Of a stretch of DNA of 45,424 nt, positions 38,815 to 45,424 are shown in pieces. Every line of letters begins with the position of its first letter. Position 1 is the first letter of the stretch. The stretch comes from Limisphaerales bacterium (lineage in GTDB: Bacteria > Verrucomicrobiota > Verrucomicrobiia > Limisphaerales > SIBE01). The stretch lies in assembly GCA_044225505.1 (NCBI GenBank), contig JBGAIN010000050.1:1-45424 (forward strand), written 5' to 3'. A model generated the notes under the pieces. It had not been told where the DNA came from. It saw nothing but the letters and a program-made list of their open reading frames with translations, and ran no database searches. The translations under genes were made by a program, and so were the position numbers.

Positions 38815-40404
38815 TCAGGGGTTAGAGCGTTCGAGGCGAAAGAGGGCGGATGGAAAGTCGAGCTGGATGACTACTTCACGGCGCTGTCCATCTCCGGAAA
38901 AAGGCTCGCCCAGCGATTGCCAGGGGCCGTCGGGAGCTTCAGCCGTTTGGAGCTGGTAACGCTGCGCATCGAGGGTGGGCCATGATAGCACCAGACTGTG
39001 GGAGGCTCGTCTCGCCAGACTCAACGGCATCTCGTGCGCAACGCGATAGGCTTCCGCGGCGATGGCAAAGGCGGCGTCGCTCAGTCCATTGTTGAACACC
39101 AGCTGCACTGGCGTCGCAGAGGAATATTGAGGCGAACGCACGGTAAGCGGAAAACTGTACGCGCCGATGGCAGGCGCGAGGCCGTTGGTTGTCCGTAGAA
39201 TGAATGTGTAATGGGTATGAATCGTCCCGCGTGTGTTTGCTTTAGAGATGGAATACCCCGCGGCGAACGTGGTTGTCCGCGCCACGGTGACGGAATTCAA
39301 CGGATCACCGAAGGGACTGGGTTCCACGAAATCCATTTGCTCCGCCCCGATGTTGGCCACCGCCCAATTTGTTCCATCCCAGCGCCGCAACGGGCCGGTC
39401 ACATCAAAGAGAATCTCGTCTTGAAATTGGAAGCTGTTTCCGGCGAACCCGGGATTATCCGTGGCCCAGACGGTTCCATCACCATGCACGTCACTCTCGC
39501 GCAGATTTCCGACGTGAATGGTCTGATCGACCGAGAGCGTACCGTGCGTAGGTGTAATGAATATGTCCGAATGGACAGGGGCGACAATCGGATTGCCTGG
39601 GTCGGATGGGGAAGAGGGTGCGCTAACGATGTGCTCCACGGCTGCCGTCGCGCGCTTCAAAACATCGTCGATTACGTGATTGCCCAGCAGGACAAACGCC
39701 GGATTGGACGGTTGCTGGAACCCGGAAACCGTTGCTTCCAATGCCACCAGATAGACCCCAGGGGCAGGAGCGTCATTTGATTTTGAGTCCAGACTTGCGC
39801 TGCCGAAAATATTATACGCAAGGTGGCTATGCACATAGCCTCCCGGTCCAGTCGAGGCAATCACGTATCCGGGTACATGATTGCTCGAACCATCAGCAAC
39901 AACTTGATCGGAGGGAACTTCGGGCCTCAAGTACTGGAGCACTTCGCCCGAAGGAACAGCCCCGAACTTTGCCTCCCCGACTCCATCCCAATAGGACAGA
40001 TTGCGCCCCGTAAAACTGGCCGGGATGATATTGAAGCCGAGCGAGGAATTGCTGGGCAGGGCCTGATCGCCCGGCGGCATAAGCTGAAAATTATTCCGCA
40101 CCGCATTCCAACCGGGGCTATTGACCGATACTGCCCCGGTCGCGCCTTGCACAACGGACAAGGGAACATTAAAGACTCGATTGCTTTCCAGAACTCCGGA
40201 TGTGTCGAAGTCAAAGCCACCAATGCGCAGCAATCCATCACGCTGGTAGACGAGAATGTCGATATGGTCCTGGCCGTGGGTTAATGGAGCCAAGGCCAGG
40301 ATGGCGGAAATGACGTGGACCGCCATGAGTTGTGAGCGCCTCATAGAGTTGTATTGATCCGCGGCTTGCGGTTTACTTCCAGCGGTGTGGCGCATTGTGA
40401 GCAT
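38815..40404 (-). CDS. Secreted two-domain His-motif protein with F[YF]R-like tail
   Basis: Signal VISAILALAPLTHG. Domain 1 reads HID...YWDG...HSHL...GVY; domain 2 reads HSD...RWDG...HTHY...GAY. It ends ALFRLERSNP. The start may be at MRRSQ (~40344). Confidence 0.82.
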   Translation of the reverse strand: MLTMRHTAGSKPQAADQYNSMRRSQLMAVHVISAILALAPLTHGQDHIDILVYQRDGLLRIGGFDFDTSGVLESNRVFNVPLSVVQGATGAVSVNSPGWNAVRNNFQLMPPGDQALPSNSSLGFNIIPASFTGRNLSYWDGVGEAKFGAVPSGEVLQYLRPEVPSDQVVADGSSNHVPGYVIASTGPGGYVHSHLAYNIFGSASLDSKSNDAPAPGVYLVALEATVSGFQQPSNPAFVLLGNHVIDDVLKRATAAVEHIVSAPSSPSDPGNPIVAPVHSDIFITPTHGTLSVDQTIHVGNLRESDVHGDGTVWATDNPGFAGNSFQFQDEILFDVTGPLRRWDGTNWAVANIGAEQMDFVEPSPFGDPLNSVTVARTTTFAAGYSISKANTRGTIHTHYTFILRTTNGLAPAIGAYSFPLTVRSPQYSSATPVQLVFNNGLSDAAFAIAAEAYRVAHEMPLSLARRASHSLVLSWPTLDAQRYQLQTAEAPDGPWQSLGEPFSGDGQRREVVIQLDFPSALFRLERSNP

Positions 40405-40723
40405 GTCGGCGCGCGACCAGCGGAGTCTTCCCGGACGGCTGGATTCGTGACGGCATTCCGCGCCACACCACTGAATTCTCTCGTTCCTGATTAGTTCATG
40501 TTTTTCTGGTTCGACCCGACGCGATCTGGCCCTTGGTTCTCAATATTCCCACAACACACTAGTGGTGCCTGGGTAACTGGGTATGAAAGCCGCATCCACT
40601 GCTCTAAACGAGGGTTCCGCCAAAGGCCGGGACCGGAACCTGGGATGCGAAAAAGGCCTGAAACCTCACGAACAGGAAGGATAGGGGCAATACCGCTAAA
40701 CCTCTAACCCCCGCGCGCTGACT

Positions 40724-41119
40724 TCAGGAGGCAAGAATGGGAGGCCCGCAAGAGTAGGGGAGTAATCGCGGGGAGGGCGGCAGCATCGGCACTACCGGTG
40801 CGCCATTGAGATAAAGCAAAGCGGGCGCGGGAACCTCGACTGTAACAACGGCGACGAATGCACCGACATGGCCGTGCGCGAAGACCGTAATGCCGCAATC
40901 CTCATCTTGGTTTTGGGGCAACTGGTGGGAATCAGACGCGCATCCATCCATCCGATGTCCACAGACCTGGCAAACCAGGTCCGTACGGTGATGGAGTCGG
41001 TGATGGGCCGCCCGATCGGACGAGAACCAAGACAACAGCAACAAGAGACAGAGCTGACTCATGGCTGCCAGAGCAGCCATCCTTCGGCGCTGCCAGAGAT
41101 TGTCTGTTTTACGGGTCAA
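40724..41119 (-). CDS. DUF2946-like His/Cys-rich leader protein
   Basis: Hydrophobic N-terminus, HHRLHH, CQVCGH, DCGITVFAHGH and a Pro-rich C-terminus PRLLPYSCGPP. It is the first gene of the minus-strand cluster. Start uncertain. Confidence 0.7.
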   Translation of the reverse strand: MTRKTDNLWQRRRMAALAAMSQLCLLLLLSWFSSDRAAHHRLHHRTDLVCQVCGHRMDGCASDSHQLPQNQDEDCGITVFAHGHVGAFVAVVTVEVPAPALLYLNGAPVVPMLPPSPRLLPYSCGPPILAS

Positions 41120-41171
41120 GGGATATAGCAGTCGAACAGGCCTGTAGTAATCAAATCAACCGACCTCACGC

Positions 41172-41202
41172 AAGATAAAAAATGCAGAATATTCCGCGTC
41201 AA
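41172..41202 (-). promoter_or_regulatory. Candidate sigma70 promoter (TTGACG-N19-TATCTT) overlapped by an 18-bp dyad
   Basis: Minus strand ttgacg-cggaatattctgcattttt-tatctt. The dyad ATGCAGAATATTCCGCGT (41182-41199) has 7 of 9 positions complementary. Confidence 0.45.
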
Positions 41203-41683
41203 AGTGTAAAACGGTGCAGCAGGAGATGCTGAACCGCAAAGAGAGAGGTCCGTAGAGCGAAATCAATTCGTTGGCAAAGATTTTGGAAGCAGAAGCTGTG
41301 GAAAGCAACCTCGCGGTCTGGCTACGCCACAAAAGCATCAGCCGTCCCATTTTTCGACAGCGTGCCGGAGGCTTTTTCTCAGAATCGGCAGATTTCGTTA
41401 GATTCGAATGCCTAGTCGAATGCATGCCCCTGCGCAGCTGCTGGCAGGCAGGTTGCTATCGAACGTAAATAAGGCTTGGATCCTTGGGTCTCTGCAATTG
41501 CCCAATTCCTTCCGCGGCAGAGCGGGCAAACTCATGAGCGAAAAAAAAGCGGTTTTCCCGACGGATGGCTGCTTCGAGCGTTTACGGCAGCCCCTAAACA
41601 TCCAAAAGCCGTTTGCGATGCGGTCAACCGAATTGGCGTAACGAGTGCGAAGAGAAGGCTGCGGTAAATTGTGAGAAGACCAC

Positions 41684-42661
41684 GTGCCCATGGAAACAGC
41701 GAATCTGTGTTCGAGAAAGGGATCCGTGTCTGCAGAGGCCAACGAGAGGTGCCGACCCTGGGCCATGTTCTCGCAAATTCTCAGATCCAGGTCCGCGAAA
41801 GAAATAGAAGACTCCTTAATCGTTGGCACGTCTCGAACCACGCCTGCGCTGATTGAGATTCAAACGACCTGCCCAACGCCGTGGCTTTTCAGCAAGCTCC
41901 TTGTTTTCTGCGGCGCCATATTCCTTGGGTTAATGACAGGATATTTTGGATTTCACAACGAGGCACTTCTGCCAGGTCTAATTCTGATCGGGACACTTTC
42001 TGTGCCAGTAGTCATGACAATTCTGTTCTTCGAGTTCAATTCTCCGAAGAACGTTTCGCTTTATCGGGTGGCAATCTTTTTCTCCGTAGGCGGGCTTCTC
42101 TCCGTGCTCTTTTCGATACTGGGAGGCGATGTCGGACACTTGCATTGGTGCGGGCCCTGGAGCGCCGGAGTCACCGAAGAGGTGGCAAAGGTTATTGCCT
42201 TGATCCTGGTTGGGCGCGGCACGCGCTACAAGTACATGTTAAACGGCATGTTATTTGGAGCGGCAGTCGGGGCGGGCTTTTGCTCGATTGAGAGAGCCGG
42301 ATTAGCCCTGCGCGCCCTCCAGGCAAACGGAGTGAGCGCCATGTTGGAAAGCATCGCGTTGTCGGCCGTCTTCACGCCTCTGACTCACGTGGCGTGGACA
42401 GCCATGACGGGAGCCGCGCTATGGAGCGCCAAGAAGACGGACCTCGCTCCGGGGTTCGCCTGCATGGCAGAGCCACGGTTCCAGAAAGTACTTTTGCTGG
42501 CAATTCTGCTGCACACCTCGTGGAATCTCTACTGTCCTGAACCACCCTTCCAACCGAAGGAGATCATGCTGGGCGCCGCCGCCTGGGTCGCCGGCTGCGG
42601 GATTGGTCCGCGATGGATTCTCCTGGTGTCCGGAGGAGCAGGCCCAAGCTCTATCCCATAA
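41684..42661 (+). pseudogene. prsW: PrsW-family intramembrane metalloprotease, apparently eroding
   Basis: TEEVAK, GAAVGAGFCSIE, HVAWTA and LHTSWN. The expected C-terminus (GLVRDG...EEQ) is in another frame after ~42600, and the N-terminal region is interrupted by stops. Confidence 0.65.
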
Positions 42662-42699
42662 GGCACGGCCGCATCCACTCGCACGCCTCAGCTCTTTGC

Positions 42700-43080
42700 C
42701 ACGAGCACTTCCAAGAATCCGTGATCGTCACAATGCTCTCCGTGGGGAGCAGTTCATTCAGCGCACCCGCCGCATGAATTTTTCCCGCGCAATAAATCAC
42801 CACGGGGGCGCACACGTCCTCCACCTCGGCAAGCAGATGGCGGCTCATGATACGGTCTTGCCGCGCCGGGCAAGCGCGAGAATTAAATCCTTCACTTCGC
42901 GGCCCCAATCGGATCACGCCCTGCCGTCGGTTCGTCGAGAATCACGAGGTCAGGATCGTTGATGAGTGCCTGTGCGTCGCGTCCCCAAAATCCTTGAAGA
43001 CTTTCGTCAGCCCGCGCACGGCTCCGACGTTTTCTGCCGTGGCAGCCAGCGACGGCGAAGAAAGTTGCTTTTGTAAAGTC
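42700..43080 (-). pseudogene. Internally deleted, frameshifted ABC ATPase (paralog of 13087-14277)
   Basis: [11 protein letters not shown] is joined almost directly to [18 protein letters not shown], so Walker A and the signature are missing. Shifted fragments [16 protein letters not shown] and HLLAEVEDVC...VVIY follow. Confidence 0.85.
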
Positions 43081-43083
43081 AGA

Positions 43084-45060
43084 TTAGCAGCAAGTTGTCT
43101 GCGGTTGCAGTTGGGATGAAACTGGCTCGCCTTCTGGCGGGTCGATGAGCGGAGCGTGCGCTTCCAACCCTTCGCCTTGCCGCACGAGGCGCGCGCTATT
43201 GAACACCACCAGCAGCGAACCGGCGTTGTGCAGAAGCGCCGCCACGATGGGATTCAAATAGCCGAAGGTTGCCAGCGTCATGCCGCCGATGATGAACATT
43301 ACGCCGATGATGAAGTTTTGGTTGATGACGTTGCGCGTGGCACGCGACAGATTCACCAAGAATGGAAGGCGGTGAAGGTCGTTGTTCATCAGCGCAATGG
43401 TTGCGCTGTGAATCGCCACTTCGCTGCCCGCCGCGCCCATCGCGATGCCGATGTCGCCGCTGGCCAGCGCCGGCGCGTCATTCACCCCGTCGCCGATGAC
43501 GGCGACGCGATAGCCGCGCGCCTTCATCTGCTTCACAAATTCCACCTTGTCCTGCGGGAGGCAATCGGCCGCGACTTCCTCGCAACCAATTTCACGCGCC
43601 ACGCGCGCCGCCACGGGCTGGCGATCGCCCGTGACCATCGCAATGCGCTTCACTCCCGATTCCTTCAATTCGACCAGCGCGGCCGCAGCCTCGGCGCGGG
43701 TTTCATCTTTGAGACCGATCCAGCCGACACACTGGCCGTCGCGCGCGACGAAAATCAGGCTGAACCCTTCCGTTTCGTTCAAGTCCACCGAGTTCAGGAA
43801 ATCACCGCCGACACCGTCGTCCTTGAGCCATTGCGCGCGGCCCACTAAAACTCTCGCGCCATTGATTTCCGCCCGCACCCCGCGTCCGGCCGTTTCGAAA
43901 AAATCCTTCGGTTCAACCAGCGGGACGCCGGATTCGTCCGCAAGTTGCGCGAGCGCTTTGGCAGTCGGGTGGTTGCTGTATTTTTCGGCGGACGCGGCGA
44001 GCTGAACCAGTTCCGCAGGTTTGGTTTCACGAAGCGGCATCAGGCGGCTGACCGCCAGTCTACCGGTGGTGAGCGTGCCGGTTTTGTCGAACACGAAGGC
44101 GTTGATGCGCGCGGCGAGTTCGATGTCTGCAATATTTTTTATTAGCACGCCAAGCCGCGCGGCGGCGGAAAGCGCGGCGACCATCGCTGTAGGCGTGGCG
44201 AGAATAAACGCGCACGGGCACGACACGACCATCACGGCGATGACGCGGTTCAGGTCCTTGGTAAAAATCCAGACGAGCGCAGCGAGCGTGAGCGTGAGCG
44301 GCGTGTAGTAACTCATGTATTCGTCCATCAGCCGCATGATGGGCAGCTTGGTTTGCTCGGCGGCAAGGATGAGTTCGCGCACTTTGCCCAGCGTGGTATC
44401 CTGTCCGGCGCGGCTGACACGAATTTCCAAGACGCCGGTGAGGTTGATTGTGCCGGCGAAAACCTCGTCGTCCGTCTTTTTATCCACTGGCAATGATTCG
44501 CCAGTAATCGTCGCCTGATTGATGGAACTGACCCCGCTGACGATGACGCCGTCCGCCGGAATATTGTCGCCGGGGCGGGCGCGAATAACGTCGCCCACTT
44601 TCAAATCTTTCATGGAGATTTCCTCTTCGCCTGTAGCGGTGACGCGCCGGGCTTTCGTGGGAGTAAGCTGAATGAGCGATTCAATCGAAGCCCGCGCGCC
44701 GGCAGCGGTGCGGGTTTCAATGATTTCGCCGATGAGCATGAAAAACGAAACGACGCCGGCCGTCTTGTAATCGCCGCTGGCAAAACTGGCCAGCACAGCG
44801 AGGCTCACAAGTTCATTGATGCTCACCACGCCGGTGCGCAGATCCTTGAGGGAATTCCAGACGATGGGAGAGCCGAGGAGCAACGCGCCGATGAACGCGC
44901 TGACGCTGCCGATGGCCTGGCCTTTAGGAAAAAACCATTCCACGAGATAGGCGTTGAACACGAAGATCAGGCCGATGAACGCCTGTTGCAGATGCGAAGG
45001 CGATGAATCAGGAATGATAGCGCCATCTTCATTGCGGCTGGCAAAGGTTGTGACTTGCAT
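43084..45060 (-). CDS. Heavy-metal P1B-type ATPase (copy 2)
   Basis: TGES, CPC, DKTGT, SNHP, GDGVNDAP and HNAGS, with long stretches identical to copy 1. Confidence 0.95.
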   Translation of the reverse strand: MQVTTFASRNEDGAIIPDSSPSHLQQAFIGLIFVFNAYLVEWFFPKGQAIGSVSAFIGALLLGSPIVWNSLKDLRTGVVSINELVSLAVLASFASGDYKTAGVVSFFMLIGEIIETRTAAGARASIESLIQLTPTKARRVTATGEEEISMKDLKVGDVIRARPGDNIPADGVIVSGVSSINQATITGESLPVDKKTDDEVFAGTINLTGVLEIRVSRAGQDTTLGKVRELILAAEQTKLPIMRLMDEYMSYYTPLTLTLAALVWIFTKDLNRVIAVMVVSCPCAFILATPTAMVAALSAAARLGVLIKNIADIELAARINAFVFDKTGTLTTGRLAVSRLMPLRETKPAELVQLAASAEKYSNHPTAKALAQLADESGVPLVEPKDFFETAGRGVRAEINGARVLVGRAQWLKDDGVGGDFLNSVDLNETEGFSLIFVARDGQCVGWIGLKDETRAEAAAALVELKESGVKRIAMVTGDRQPVAARVAREIGCEEVAADCLPQDKVEFVKQMKARGYRVAVIGDGVNDAPALASGDIGIAMGAAGSEVAIHSATIALMNNDLHRLPFLVNLSRATRNVINQNFIIGVMFIIGGMTLATFGYLNPIVAALLHNAGSLLVVFNSARLVRQGEGLEAHAPLIDPPEGEPVSSQLQPQTTCC

Positions 45061-45063
45061 ACA

Positions 45064-45424
45064 TCAAGGTTGGTTGGTGTTGGTCTGAAGTGCTTTTGCG
45101 GGTTCCCGGTTGAGCTGCAGGCGAATCTCGCGCGGGGAATTCCTAGGATTAGGTGGGAGAAAGAATTTATCCTGCGCGCCGGCCATCACGGTTTCCAAAG
45201 TCTGGTTCAAGACGCGGCGGGCGAACAACTGGGGATTGCGCTCGAACTGCGGCAACTGGTCGTTGAATGCTTTCGCCTCCGCGCCGACAGCGAGCACCAA
45301 TTGATTGCTGCTGGTGATGCCGCCGCTGACAATCGCCTGCGCTTCACCAACGGCCTTGAGGGTGACCTGATTGGCGTAGGCTTGCGCTTCGTTGATTTTC
45401 TGGCTGCGTTCCTGCTCCGCCGCG
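45064..45424 (-). CDS. hflK: 3' part of an HflK-like SPFH protein (paralog of 16248-17321), runs off the window end
   Basis: AAEQERSQKINEAQAYANQVTLKA...GAQDKFFLP...IRLQLNREPAK aligns with the C-terminus of the 357-aa HflK-like protein. Confidence 0.85.
   Translation of the reverse strand, partial: AAEQERSQKINEAQAYANQVTLKAVGEAQAIVSGGITSSNQLVLAVGAEAKAFNDQLPQFERNPQLFARRVLNQTLETVMAGAQDKFFLPPNPRNSPREIRLQLNREPAKALQTNTNQP

Noticed and set aside
40405..40723. Metal-sensing riboswitch in the 320-bp gap after the leader ORF
   Set aside because: I could not recognise yybP-ykoY, NiCo or cobalamin consensus elements by eye. An Infernal/Rfam scan would settle it.

Overview
The window looks verrucomicrobial (PVC superphylum). 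This is inferred from the C-terminal 'F[YF]R' surface-protein tails, a PVC-type REP-like palindrome and PVC-type IRE/TPR-ABC modules. The left part (1-10 kb) holds a six-repeat surface protein, an acyl-CoA ligase and a lipoprotein. It also holds a decayed tRNA-Pro-targeted island: an integrase remnant, two tRNA-Pro 3'-end copies, a broken Phd-type antitoxin and an intact hipBA with three operator-like boxes. The main part (10.3-41.1 kb) is 22 co-oriented minus-strand genes that look like a metal-starvation (probably zinc) operon with no ZnuABC or TonB-dependent receptor. It encodes a DUF2946-like His/Cys leader, five His-motif secreted proteins sharing one C-terminal tail, two COG0523 GTPases, a WD40 protein and two ABC-2 + IRE/TPR modules. 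It also carries a tightly coupled unit of three SPFH (HflK/HflC-like) genes and an atypical P1B-ATPase (CPC + HNAGS). The right end has a decaying PrsW gene and a second copy of the SPFH/P1B-ATPase/ABC unit whose ABC ATPase is a pseudogene. All family calls come from motif recognition by eye; no searches were run.
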